A stretch of 64,000 nucleotides of DNA, taken from positions 1 to 64,000 of the forward strand of contig CAYLXA010000008.1 of assembly GCA_964387845.1 (NCBI GenBank), read 5' to 3'. A model generated the notes under the pieces. The model worked only from the letters and a program-made list of their open reading frames with translations, was not told where the DNA came from and ran no database searches. Below, piece by piece: positions 45,884 through 54,889 of this stretch. The stretch comes from an uncultured bacterium (GTDB taxonomy: Bacteria; Omnitrophota; Omnitrophia; Omnitrophales; Abzuiibacteriaceae). Each line of letters begins with the position of its first letter. Within the stretch, counting starts at the first letter, position 1. Both the position numbers and the translations under genes were made by a program.

Positions 45884-47212
45884 ATGGCACATCAGCTGAA
45901 GCGGGAACTTCATTTTTGGGATTCGGTTGCGATCAATATTGGCATCATCATCGGCGTCGGTATTTTCCGGGTTCCGGCTGAAGTTGCCAAACACCTCACC
46001 AATCCCGCCGTCATTTTATCCGCATGGGTCATCGGCGGCGCGATTGCGCATTTTGGCGCGCTTTGCTACGCCGAACTTTCATCTCGTTATCCGCATACGG
46101 GCGGCACCTATGTGTTTATCCGGGAAGGTTACGGAAACTTAGCTGGGTTTCTCTTCGGCTGGACCGAAATCGTGATCTTGAGGGCCGGTTCGATCGCAGC
46201 CGTTGCCTACGTTTTTTCCACCTATCTTCAAAATTTTTTGCAGCTCGGGCCGTGGGGCGAAAAAATCATCGCCATCGGCTTAATCACTGTTCTGACTTTC
46301 ATTAATATTCTGGGCGTGAAGCTGGGAACGCGAATTCAAAATGTTTTCAGCTCGCTGAAAGTACTCACAATTTTAGCGATGTCGGCCGCCATTTTCTTCC
46401 TGGCCGCTAAATCATCAAATGCCTCTGTTTTTACTTTCCCGAAATTTGAAACCGCACAGCTCAATTCACATTCATTGTTCTTATTCGCCGCGGCAATTGT
46501 TCCGATTTTATGGACTTACGGCGGCTGGCACGAAAGCGCTTTTATGTCAGGCGAGTTTCGCGACACCAAGTGGGAACTTCCGGCGTCGCTTTTGACAAGC
46601 GCGCTAGTCGTTACCATCCTTTATGTGACGATCAATATCGCGTATTTGCAGGTGATTCCGCCTTCTGAGATGGCAGGCACAAAAGCGATTGCATCCGAAG
46701 TGTTCCGCCGCATGTTCGGCTCTACCGGAACTATTATCATGACAACCGCAGTCCTCGTTTCATCCGTCGGCGCGCTGAACTCGACGATTATGACCGGCGG
46801 GCGAATTCCGTTTGCCGTGGCATCCGATTATCCGAAATTCAAATGGGTTGCTCAAGTTGATTCCAAATTTGAAACGCCCCGGAGGTCGCTCGAAATCAAC
46901 GGCATTTGGGCGGCGGCGCTGGTTTTGTTCGGTAGTTTTGAACAGCTGGTTTATTTCTGCCAATTCGCACAATGGCTTTTTTTCGGACTTGCGGGATTTA
47001 GTATTTTTATTGCCCGCGCAAAGCAAAAACAAATGGAAGCTTTTTCGATGCTCGGCTATCCGTTTATTCCGGCCGTCTTCACTTTGATCGCGATCGGCAT
47101 TTGCGCTTCCATTATTTGGTATACGCCGCAGGCTTCTTTTGTCGGTGTGGCTCTTATTTTATTAGGAGTTCCGGTTTACCACTGGGTGAAGGGCGCTCAA
47201 CATTCAAAATGA
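45884..47212 (+). CDS. APC-superfamily amino-acid permease
   Basis: Twelve TM helices. N-terminal LHFWDSVAINIGIIIGVGIF consensus. Confidence 0.75.
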   Translation: MAHQLKRELHFWDSVAINIGIIIGVGIFRVPAEVAKHLTNPAVILSAWVIGGAIAHFGALCYAELSSRYPHTGGTYVFIREGYGNLAGFLFGWTEIVILRAGSIAAVAYVFSTYLQNFLQLGPWGEKIIAIGLITVLTFINILGVKLGTRIQNVFSSLKVLTILAMSAAIFFLAAKSSNASVFTFPKFETAQLNSHSLFLFAAAIVPILWTYGGWHESAFMSGEFRDTKWELPASLLTSALVVTILYVTINIAYLQVIPPSEMAGTKAIASEVFRRMFGSTGTIIMTTAVLVSSVGALNSTIMTGGRIPFAVASDYPKFKWVAQVDSKFETPRRSLEINGIWAAALVLFGSFEQLVYFCQFAQWLFFGLAGFSIFIARAKQKQMEAFSMLGYPFIPAVFTLIAIGICASIIWYTPQASFVGVALILLGVPVYHWVKGAQHSK

Positions 47213-47231
47213 TTAGCCGAAAAATGAATCT

Positions 47232-47852
47232 ATGGGCATCTTAGATTTTGCGGTACTTTCGTTTACTTCGTTATTCGTGATCGTTGATCCTTTTTCGAGT
47301 TTGCCGGCGTTTTTAGTGATGACGCAGCGAAACTCAATTGATGAACGCATGCGGATGGCCGGGCTTGCGTCAATCGTGACGTTCTTTATTCTGGTAATTT
47401 CCTACATTGCGGGGCTCCAAGTTCTGCAGGCTTTCGGCATTACCGTCACGGCGTTTGAAATCGCGGGCGGCATCATTCTTTTGATTATCGCGCTTGACAT
47501 GCTCCAGGCGAAAAGAACGGCAATTAAAGAAACACCGGAAGAGCAGGCAGAGGGCGTCAGCAAAGAAGACGTGGCCATTACGCCGCTTGCGATTCCGATG
47601 CTCGCGGGCCCGGGTGCCATCACGGCCGTGATTCTTTTAAGCAGCCAGGCCGAAAGCTTTGTGCATCACAGCATCGCGCTTTTGAGTATATTACTTGTAT
47701 CACTTGTGACTTTTTTTGTGCTTTGGACTGCCGCAATAAAGTCGCACATGTTTTCGCGCATCACGATGAAAATTATTACGCGCGTGATGGGCCTTCTGCT
47801 TGCCGCGGTTGCCGTTCAGTTCATCATCAACGGCGTCCAGAATATTCTTTAA
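47232..47852 (+). CDS. MarC-family (UPF0056) integral membrane protein
   Basis: N-terminal FAVLSFTSLFVIVDPFSSLPAFL is the MarC signature. Six TM helices. Confidence 0.7.
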   Translation: MGILDFAVLSFTSLFVIVDPFSSLPAFLVMTQRNSIDERMRMAGLASIVTFFILVISYIAGLQVLQAFGITVTAFEIAGGIILLIIALDMLQAKRTAIKETPEEQAEGVSKEDVAITPLAIPMLAGPGAITAVILLSSQAESFVHHSIALLSILLVSLVTFFVLWTAAIKSHMFSRITMKIITRVMGLLLAAVAVQFIINGVQNIL

Positions 47853-47859
47853 TCGGAAC

Positions 47860-48633
47860 GTGGAACTCTTCCTGATTTGCCTCACGGCTTTAACGGCTTC
47901 GTGCCTGACACTTTTCTCCGGATTCGGGCTCGGAACCATCCTGCTGCCGGTTTTTGCGCTTTTTTTTCCGCTTGAAACCGCAGTTGCCGTGACCGCGATC
48001 GTTCATTTTTTGAATAATCTATTCAAACTGAAATTTTTCGCGCATCACGCGGATTTCAAAATCGTTCTCCGGTTCGGAATTCCAGCCGTGATTGCCGCAT
48101 TTTTCGGCGCAAAACTTCTTCAAATTCTTTCCGGCGCAGCTCCTTTTTATACCTATTCAATCGGTTCCAAACTCGCGGAAATGACGCTTTTAAAAATCGT
48201 GATCGCACTGCTTTTGGTATTTTTTGCGCTGCTTGAAATTTTTCCGGTTGAAAAGCGCCTGAAATTTGACAGCCGGTTTTTGCCGGCCGGCGGATTTTTG
48301 AGCGGATTTTTCGGCGGGTTGTCCGGAAATCAAGGTGCCTTCCGGAGCGCATTTTTGGCGCAGCTTCCGATTTCGAAGGAAGCGTTTATCGGCACGGGAG
48401 TCGTGATTGCGTGTTTGATTGATTTCATGCGGATTTACGTTTATAGTGCTACTTTCCTGGCAGGTGATTTACGGGAACAGGCAGTTTTGATTTTGGCGGC
48501 TGCGGCTTCGGCATTTTTGGGTGTTTATGCGGGCGCAAAACTTGTCCATAAAGTGACCATGGCGGCGATTCAAAAAATCGTAGCAATTTTACTTGTGATT
48601 TTAGCAGCCGGAATTGGTTCCGGAATTTTATAA
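47860..48633 (+). CDS. TauE/SafE-family (DUF81) sulfite/anion exporter-like membrane protein
   Basis: Two-repeat four-TM architecture with GFGLGTILLPVFALFF. A GTG start at 47860 is assumed, because the in-frame ATG at 47800 lies inside marC. Confidence 0.55.
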   Translation: MELFLICLTALTASCLTLFSGFGLGTILLPVFALFFPLETAVAVTAIVHFLNNLFKLKFFAHHADFKIVLRFGIPAVIAAFFGAKLLQILSGAAPFYTYSIGSKLAEMTLLKIVIALLLVFFALLEIFPVEKRLKFDSRFLPAGGFLSGFFGGLSGNQGAFRSAFLAQLPISKEAFIGTGVVIACLIDFMRIYVYSATFLAGDLREQAVLILAAAASAFLGVYAGAKLVHKVTMAAIQKIVAILLVILAAGIGSGIL

Positions 48634-48642
48634 GGGTGAAAA

Positions 48643-49566
48643 ATGGAATTTAATCAAATTTTATTGTGGACAGGGTTTGGCGTTTTCGTGGTCGCGATGC
48701 TGGTGCTTGATTTGGCGGTATTTCATAAGAAAGCGCATGCCGTAAAAATCAAAGAAGCGCTCATGTGGAGCGCCATTTGGATTGCGCTCGCTTTATTTTT
48801 TAATATCGGCGTTTATATTCACAAAGGCCCCGACACGGCGCTCAGGTTTTTAACCGGCTATCTGCTCGAGAAGTCGTTGAGTGTTGATAACCTCTTTGTT
48901 TTCTTGCTGATCTTCCAATATTTTCAAGTTCCGCAGAAATACCAGCACAAAATTCTTTTTTGGGGGATTTTGGGCGCTCTGATTTTCCGCGCTATTTTCA
49001 TAGCCGCCGGCATTACGCTGATTCATAAATTCCATTGGATTATTTATGTTTTTGGCGCGATTTTGATTTGGACGGGCTTGAAGCTGGCGCTCGAGAAAGA
49101 AAAGGAAGTGGAGCCGGAAAAAAATATCGTCCTTAAGATTTTCAAGAAGTTGATGCCGATTGCAAACCAATATGAAGGCGAGAAATTTTTTATCAAAAAA
49201 GACGGCCGAAATTTTGCGACACCGCTCTTTGTCGTGCTGTTAGTGATTGAAACGACGGACGTTATTTTCGCCGTAGATTCAATTCCCGCGATTTTGGCGA
49301 TCTCGCACGATCCGTTTATCGTTTATACATCAAACGTGTTTGCCATTTTGGGCCTCCGGGCGCTTTATTTTGCGCTTTCAGGCGTCATGCAAATGTTCAA
49401 ACACCTTCACTACGGGCTTGCTGCGATTCTTGTGTTTGTCGGTACTAAGATGCTGATTTCTGAGTTCTACAAAATTCCGATTTGGATTTCGCTAAGCGTT
49501 ATCGCATTTATCTTGTGCCTTTCGATTATTGCGTCTACCTGGAAATTACCTGAAAAACGCGCGTAA
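48643..49566 (+). CDS. TerC-family membrane protein
   Basis: Duplicated DN-motif helices (LSVDNLFVFLLIF and IFAVDSIPAILAIS). Confidence 0.75.
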   Translation: MEFNQILLWTGFGVFVVAMLVLDLAVFHKKAHAVKIKEALMWSAIWIALALFFNIGVYIHKGPDTALRFLTGYLLEKSLSVDNLFVFLLIFQYFQVPQKYQHKILFWGILGALIFRAIFIAAGITLIHKFHWIIYVFGAILIWTGLKLALEKEKEVEPEKNIVLKIFKKLMPIANQYEGEKFFIKKDGRNFATPLFVVLLVIETTDVIFAVDSIPAILAISHDPFIVYTSNVFAILGLRALYFALSGVMQMFKHLHYGLAAILVFVGTKMLISEFYKIPIWISLSVIAFILCLSIIASTWKLPEKRA

Positions 49567-49639
49567 AATCCGGTTTGCATTGAATCCGATTGTGAAATTT
49601 TATAAAATGACACCGGAATTATTGATTGTTAATAGTTGT

Positions 49640-49718
49640 GTCATCCTGAACGAAGTGAAGGATCTAAGTTCGTAGACCCTTCGCTCTGCTCAGGGTGACA
49701 GGAGTTGCTCAGGATGAC
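49640..49718. repeat. MITE-like hairpin repeat, empty copy B
   Basis: The left arm GTCATCCTGAACGAAGTGAAGGATCT is identical to copy A. The right arm CCCTTCGCTCTGCTCAGGGTGAC is followed by a partial tandem reiteration GTTGCTCAGGATGAC. Confidence 0.6.
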
Positions 49719-49741
49719 ATTTTAATTAGGGAGGTAATCAC

Positions 49742-50449
49742 ATGAACACCAATGAAACGTTAAATTTAGGCCTTTCGCGCGAAGCAGTTTCCGAGCGCAG
49801 TTTTCTGTCACAGGTTTATTTGTGGATGTCTATGGCGCTTGCTTTGACGGGCATCGTGGCATTTGGATTTGCACAAAATCCGGCTGTCGTCGCCAATTTA
49901 ATGCGCAGCGGAATCGCGTTTTTCGTGATTATTATTGCACAGCTCGGGCTTGTATTTTGGTTAAGCGCCGGCATTATGCGGATGAGTCTCACGGCTGCAA
50001 CAGTCGCGTTCAGCGTTTATTCATTCCTGAACGGATTGATTTTCTCGACGCTTTTCCTGGTTTATACGGGAAGCTCAATCGCATCCACTTTCTTCGTCAC
50101 GGCCGGCACGTTTGCTGCCGTCAGTCTTTATGGCTATACGACAAAACGTGATCTGACTTCGATCGGCAGTTTCTTATTTATGGCGTTAATCGGCATGATC
50201 ATCGCTTCGATTGTAAACATGTTTCTCAAGAGTCCGGCGATGTATTGGATTTTGACCTATGCCGGTGTTGCGATTTTCGTGGGGCTCACGGCATACGACA
50301 CGCAGCGCCTGAAAAGAATCCACGAGCAGGGATTTCAAAGCGGTGAAATGCTTTCCAAAATGGCGCTATTGGGTGCGCTCGCACTTTACCTCGACTTCAT
50401 CAATTTGTTCCTGCTTCTTTTGCGGGTGATGGGCAGGCAGCGCAGTTAA
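49742..50449 (+). CDS. Bax-inhibitor-1/YccA family membrane protein
   Basis: Seven TM helices. RSFLSQVYLWMSMALALTGIVAF is the typical BI-1 N-terminus. Confidence 0.75.
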   Translation: MNTNETLNLGLSREAVSERSFLSQVYLWMSMALALTGIVAFGFAQNPAVVANLMRSGIAFFVIIIAQLGLVFWLSAGIMRMSLTAATVAFSVYSFLNGLIFSTLFLVYTGSSIASTFFVTAGTFAAVSLYGYTTKRDLTSIGSFLFMALIGMIIASIVNMFLKSPAMYWILTYAGVAIFVGLTAYDTQRLKRIHEQGFQSGEMLSKMALLGALALYLDFINLFLLLLRVMGRQRS

Positions 50450-50452
50450 TTC

Positions 50453-52087
50453 ATGAGCCTTTTCTGGATTGCGCTTTTTGTTTGCGCGGTTTTCTTGGCG
50501 GCTTATTGGACCTACGGACGGTTCTTAAGCCGCCATTTTTCTTTAAATCCAAGAGCCAAAACGCCTGCCTGCGAGATTAATGACGGTGTGGATTATGTTC
50601 CCGCCGAGAAAAACTTCCTTCTCAGCCAGCATTTTTCCGCGATTTCTGCCGCAGGGCCGATCGCTGGGCCGATCATTGCCGCCGTTTGGTTTGGCTGGCT
50701 GCCGGTGCTTTTATGGATTGTGTTAGGCGCGATTTTCTTCGGTGCTGTGCATGATTTTTCAAGTCTCGTCAATTCCGTCCGCCACCGCGCATTGTCAATC
50801 GTCGAAATTGTGCACGAATATTTAGGCCGGCGCGGTTATTTACTTTTTTCTGCTTTTGTTTGGCTGTCTTTGATTTACGTTATTACCGCTTTTGCTGATT
50901 TAACGAGCAATTCATTTGTCAATCCCGAACTGGGCGGCGGTGTTGCGGCTTCCTCAACTTTATATTTATTGATCGGCTTGGCGATGGGAATCGCGCTTTA
51001 TAAATTTCGGATGCCGCTAGGGCTCGCAACCGCCATTTTTCTTCCGCTCGTCATTTTCGCGATCTGGTTTGGCCAATATATTCCGATCGTGCTTCCGCAA
51101 CATACCTGGAACCTAATTTTATTGGTTTATTGTTTTATCGCTTCCGTGATTCCGGTATGGCTTTTGCTCCAGCCGCGCGGATTTTTGGGCGGATTTTTTC
51201 TCTATGTGACGCTTGCGGCCGGCCTCATCGGTCTTTTCTTGGGCGGGGAAACGATCCAATATCCGGCCTTCATCGGATTTAAAAGCGAAAAGGGTTTACC
51301 GCTTTTTCCGATTTTATTCGTGACGGTTGCCTGCGGCGCTTGTTCCGGATTTCACGGGATTGTGAGTTCAGGGACAACATCCAAGCAAATTGCGAAGGAG
51401 CCGGACTGCCGGATGATCGGTTATGGCGGCATGCTTTTGGAAGGTGTTGTGGCTTTGATTTCGCTTGCGACTGTGATGATTCTTGCGAAAGGTGATGCGC
51501 TCGTATCCGGTTCACCCGATCAAATTTACGCCGAAGGCCTCAGCCGTTTTGTAAGCAATTTCGGAATTCCGCGCGAATTTGCGCGTTCCTTCGCGCTTTT
51601 GGCTTTCACGACTTTCATTTATGACACACTCGATGTCGCAACGCGGCTTGCGCGTTATATTTTTCAAGAGGTAACCGGCTGGAAAAGCAATTGGGGAAAG
51701 TACGCCGCAACGTTTATCAGTCTTCTGATCCCGTTTTTTTGTGTCAGCATGAAATCGGTGGATGCTGCTGGCCATGCCGTTTCGGCGTGGCGGATTTTCT
51801 GGACGGTTTTCGGCACTTCCAATCAGCTTTTGGCGGCACTCACGCTCATGATGCTGACCGTTTGGCTTGTGAAAATTAATAAACCGTGGTGGATGAGCGG
51901 AATTCCGATGATTTTTATGTTTACGATGACCGTTTGGTCTTTATTTCTGATGGCTCAGCCGATGCTTTCCGGCTGGTTTTCTGGGAATTTTAGGCTGGAT
52001 TTGGTGGGTTCCGTATCGATCGTTCTTTTTGTCCTTACCGCGTTATTGATTGGGGAAGTGTTGAAATTGAAGAAAATATCGCATTAG
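50453..52087 (+). CDS. cstA: Carbon starvation protein CstA family transporter
   Basis: QHFSAISAAGPIAGPIIAAVWFGWLPVLLWIVLGAIFFGAVHDF matches the conserved CstA core. 544 aa. Confidence 0.8.
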   Translation: MSLFWIALFVCAVFLAAYWTYGRFLSRHFSLNPRAKTPACEINDGVDYVPAEKNFLLSQHFSAISAAGPIAGPIIAAVWFGWLPVLLWIVLGAIFFGAVHDFSSLVNSVRHRALSIVEIVHEYLGRRGYLLFSAFVWLSLIYVITAFADLTSNSFVNPELGGGVAASSTLYLLIGLAMGIALYKFRMPLGLATAIFLPLVIFAIWFGQYIPIVLPQHTWNLILLVYCFIASVIPVWLLLQPRGFLGGFFLYVTLAAGLIGLFLGGETIQYPAFIGFKSEKGLPLFPILFVTVACGACSGFHGIVSSGTTSKQIAKEPDCRMIGYGGMLLEGVVALISLATVMILAKGDALVSGSPDQIYAEGLSRFVSNFGIPREFARSFALLAFTTFIYDTLDVATRLARYIFQEVTGWKSNWGKYAATFISLLIPFFCVSMKSVDAAGHAVSAWRIFWTVFGTSNQLLAALTLMMLTVWLVKINKPWWMSGIPMIFMFTMTVWSLFLMAQPMLSGWFSGNFRLDLVGSVSIVLFVLTALLIGEVLKLKKISH

Positions 52088-52892
52088 GCAATTCCAAGTA
52101 TTTCCGCCCCTCCTCCTTCTTTCCGCGCTTGATACAGCCCTCTCCGTAAATTTTGCATTTTGCTTCTAATTCTTTAAGCGCCAAGCCTGTTTGCTTTTCA
52201 TCTAAAATTCCTGATTTTAATATTTTTTCGATTGCTTGAATTCGGTAAAAATCCAAATTCGAAATTGTATGTGATAGTTGATCCTTGTGTCCGCCGTATT
52301 TGATGACCAATCTTTCTTTGATTAAATGAATCGGAAAACGCGCAGCGACGCGCAGCCATAAATCGTAATCTTCACAAGCAGGGAAGGATTCATCGAAGTT
52401 CCCCACGATGTCGAACAATTTCCGCCTCATCATTACAGCGGATGGGCTGACAATACATAATGGAAGACATTCTTTAAAAATCCACCCGCCAACTTTTTGA
52501 TGCTTCTTCAAAGGATTCAAATGTTTTCCGTTCCGAATCCAAATTTCATCAGTCTGACAAATCATCGCATCCGGATTGTTTTCGAAGAACTCGACCTGCC
52601 GTTCCAATTTTTTCGGCTTCCATTCATCATCCGAATCCAGAAACGCGATGAAATCGCCCTTGGCGTGTTCCAGCCCTGTGTTTCTGGCTTTACTGACACC
52701 TTGATTTTCTTTGTGAATCAGAGTGAGATGAGGATGATGTTCCAGATTGTGGACGGTTTGGTCGGTCGAGCCGTCATCAACTACGATGACTTCGAAATGT
52801 CTGTAAGTTTGCTTAAAAACCGACTCAAGCGCTCTGTTAAGCAGTTTCACGCGGTTATAGGTTGGAATAATGACGCTGACGAACGGATTCAT
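52035..52892 (-). CDS. Family-2 glycosyltransferase
   Basis: VSVIIPTYNRVKLLNRALESVFKQTYRHFEVIVVDDGSTD plus a DSDDEW DxD motif. It overlaps the cstA 3' end convergently by 53 nt. Confidence 0.8.
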   Translation of the reverse strand: MNPFVSVIIPTYNRVKLLNRALESVFKQTYRHFEVIVVDDGSTDQTVHNLEHHPHLTLIHKENQGVSKARNTGLEHAKGDFIAFLDSDDEWKPKKLERQVEFFENNPDAMICQTDEIWIRNGKHLNPLKKHQKVGGWIFKECLPLCIVSPSAVMMRRKLFDIVGNFDESFPACEDYDLWLRVAARFPIHLIKERLVIKYGGHKDQLSHTISNLDFYRIQAIEKILKSGILDEKQTGLALKELEAKCKIYGEGCIKRGKKEEGRKYLELPNAIFSSISTLPQSITR

Positions 52893-52998
52893 AAGTCTAA
52901 ATATATCATAAAGTTATAACAGAAAACCAGAATGGCTATTTAAGGGCATTTTCTATATAATAATGGCTCTCTTTAACCTTAACCAATCTGAGCCCTAA

Positions 52999-53559
52999 AT
53001 GCTGACAAGTCAGTCGATTAAGTCGTATTTAAAAGCGCTTTCAAGCGATAGCCCGACGCCCGGAGGCGGGAGTTCGTCTGCACTTGTGGCAGCCATGGGA
53101 ACAGGGCTTCTATTAATGGTGGCCAAAATTGCGCGCCGGAAATTATCAAAAATAGAGCAAAAGGCGCTTGATAAGGTCATTAAATTACTCACCAAATGCT
53201 TGCGCGATATGGAAGCCGTCATTGACTTGGACGTCAAAGTGTATGATGCGGTGATGGCTGCTTATAAAAAGAAGGATGAAGCAAAAATTGAATCTGCGCT
53301 CGGCAATTCATTCCGGCTTCAGGCGGATCTGGCGTTCTTAATCGCGATGTCCAAAGAAACACTGCCGGCACTGTTTAAAGTTGTGAAGGGCTCGATCGGG
53401 AATGATTTGATCGTCGCGCGCGCATTTTTGGACGGCGCATTTCAAGGCGCGGTTGCGACCGCGAGAATTAATGTGAAATACATGCAATCGGCAAAGAAAG
53501 ATCATTTTAACCGTGCGCTTCAGCAGCTTGAGAAGCGGTATTACGGGATAAAAGCATAA
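52999..53559 (+). CDS. Formiminotransferase-cyclodeaminase C-terminal-domain protein (methenyl-THF cyclohydrolase-like, FTCD_C)
   Basis: LKALSSDSPTPGGGSSSALVAAMGTGLLLMVAKI matches the FTCD_C core. Adjacent to folD. Confidence 0.75.
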   Translation: MLTSQSIKSYLKALSSDSPTPGGGSSSALVAAMGTGLLLMVAKIARRKLSKIEQKALDKVIKLLTKCLRDMEAVIDLDVKVYDAVMAAYKKKDEAKIESALGNSFRLQADLAFLIAMSKETLPALFKVVKGSIGNDLIVARAFLDGAFQGAVATARINVKYMQSAKKDHFNRALQQLEKRYYGIKA

Positions 53560-53645
53560 CTAGAAAGGAAATGCCAAGCTCCAAATACCAAATTCCAAAA
53601 TGCGTTATTTAGAATTTGGAGTTTAGAATTTGGAATTTTAATAAA

Positions 53646-54518
53646 ATGACTGCCAAACTTTTAGAAGGAAAAATCATAGCCGAAAAGCTGCAGAAGAAAA
53701 TTGCAGCAGAGGTGCGCGATCTGACGTCCAAAACAAAGCAAACGCCCAAAATGGTGGCAATCCGGATTAATGAAGACCAAGCCTCAGAGCTTTATTTGAA
53801 ATCACAGCGGAAAGCCGCGGAGCTTGCCGGCATGAAGCATGAAACGATTACGATTTTGGGTGCGACCGAAAGACAATTAATTCAGGCCATCGAAAAAGCC
53901 AATAAAGACGTATCCATTCATGGCATCATGATTCAAATGCCGCTTCCTCAGGATTTTCATCTCGAAAATATTTTGGATTCCATCGATCACAAGAAAGACA
54001 TCGAAGGCGTCACGAGTTTTAATTTAGGGCAATTGGTTCTCAAGAAAGACAAATTGGTTCCGTGCACGGCGCTTTCCTGCATCACTTTGATTGAAGAGAC
54101 AGGCGAGAAGCTGCGCGGCAAAGAAGCTGTGATCGTGGGCTCCAGCAAAGTCGTTGGGCGCCCGGTTTCGCTTTTACTTTTAGACCGGATGGCAACCGCG
54201 ACGGTTTGTCATATTGCGACTTCAGAAGCCGGGAAGCTTGAATCGCATGTGAAGCGTGCGGATATTTTGGTGGTGGCGGTCGGAAAAGAAAATGTAATTC
54301 CCGGGAAATGGGTCAAAGAAGGCGCGATTGTGATTGATGTCGGGATTAACCGTGTGAACGGAAAAACCGTGGGCGATGTGGAATTTGAAGAAGCAAAATC
54401 CAGAGCCAAATTCATTACGCCGGTCCCGGGCGGCGTGGGCCCAATGACGGTGACGATTTTAATGCACAATTTGGTAACGGCGTACAGGTGGCAGACAGAG
54501 AATGCGTCGTCATTCTGA
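53646..54518 (+). CDS. folD: Bifunctional 5,10-methylene-THF dehydrogenase / methenyl-THF cyclohydrolase FolD
   Basis: MTAKLLEGK..., ...PVPGGVGPMTVTILMHNLV. The last three codons and the stop (SSF*) are supplied by the left arm of the hairpin repeat. Confidence 0.9.
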   Translation: MTAKLLEGKIIAEKLQKKIAAEVRDLTSKTKQTPKMVAIRINEDQASELYLKSQRKAAELAGMKHETITILGATERQLIQAIEKANKDVSIHGIMIQMPLPQDFHLENILDSIDHKKDIEGVTSFNLGQLVLKKDKLVPCTALSCITLIEETGEKLRGKEAVIVGSSKVVGRPVSLLLLDRMATATVCHIATSEAGKLESHVKRADILVVAVGKENVIPGKWVKEGAIVIDVGINRVNGKTVGDVEFEEAKSRAKFITPVPGGVGPMTVTILMHNLVTAYRWQTENASSF

Positions 54519-54888
54519 GCGTAGCGAAGAATCTCTGTTTCGATGAAGAAGGGTTACGTTTATTTGCTTGCGAACAAAGTTAACACTGTAATTTATATCG
54601 GAGTTACAAGCAATCTTGCAAAAAGAATTTGGGAACATAAAAAGAAGCTGGTAGAAGGATTTACAAAGAAATATAACGTAGACAAACTAGTTTATTATGA
54701 AATTTTCGAGTTAGTTGTTGATGCAATAAAAAGAGAAAAGCAAATTAAAGGTTGGGTCAGAAAAAAGAAAGTGGACTTAGTCGAATCACTTAACCCTAAT
54801 TGGAACGATCTATACAAGAACTTAAACGAATAAGATGTACGAGATCCTTCGCTTCGCTCAGGATGACGGGCGAAGGGTTCAGGATGAC
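54509..54888. mobile_element. Putative small mobile cassette: a GIY-YIG nuclease ORF embedded between the two 26-bp arms (terminal inverted repeats) of the same hairpin-repeat family
   Basis: The left arm GTCATTCTGAGCGTAGCGAAGAATCT (54509-54534) is the complement of the right arm AGATCCTTCGCTTCGCTCAGGATGAC (54842-54867; 23/26 match), which is followed by the partial reiteration GGGCGAAGGGTTCAGGATGAC. The interior is about 33% GC against about 48% in the flanks. Confidence 0.5.
54543..54833 (+). CDS. GIY-YIG domain nuclease (UPF0213-type, 96 aa)
   Basis: GYVYLL...IYIGVT.NL..R...H is the GIY-YIG motif. It fills the space between the two repeat arms with 8-nt gaps on both sides. AT-rich. Confidence 0.8.
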   Translation: MKKGYVYLLANKVNTVIYIGVTSNLAKRIWEHKKKLVEGFTKKYNVDKLVYYEIFELVVDAIKREKQIKGWVRKKKVDLVESLNPNWNDLYKNLNE

Positions 54889-54889
54889 G

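Noticed and set aside
45370-45885. 171-aa minus-strand ORF covering the YceI gene
   Set aside because: It is antisense to a strongly supported YceI CDS with signal peptide and RBS, and has no motifs.
48850-49170. 106-aa minus-strand ORF inside terC, and similar antisense ORFs listed in the track
   Set aside because: They are fully embedded antisense to confidently assigned CDSs. They are typical spurious ORFs.
54800-54889. N-terminal extension MERSIQELKRIRCTRSFASLRMTGEGFRMT of the panB ORF
   Set aside because: It is the translation of the hairpin-repeat right arm and its reiteration. Canonical PanB starts at MTMKTSIQ/MKTSIQ.
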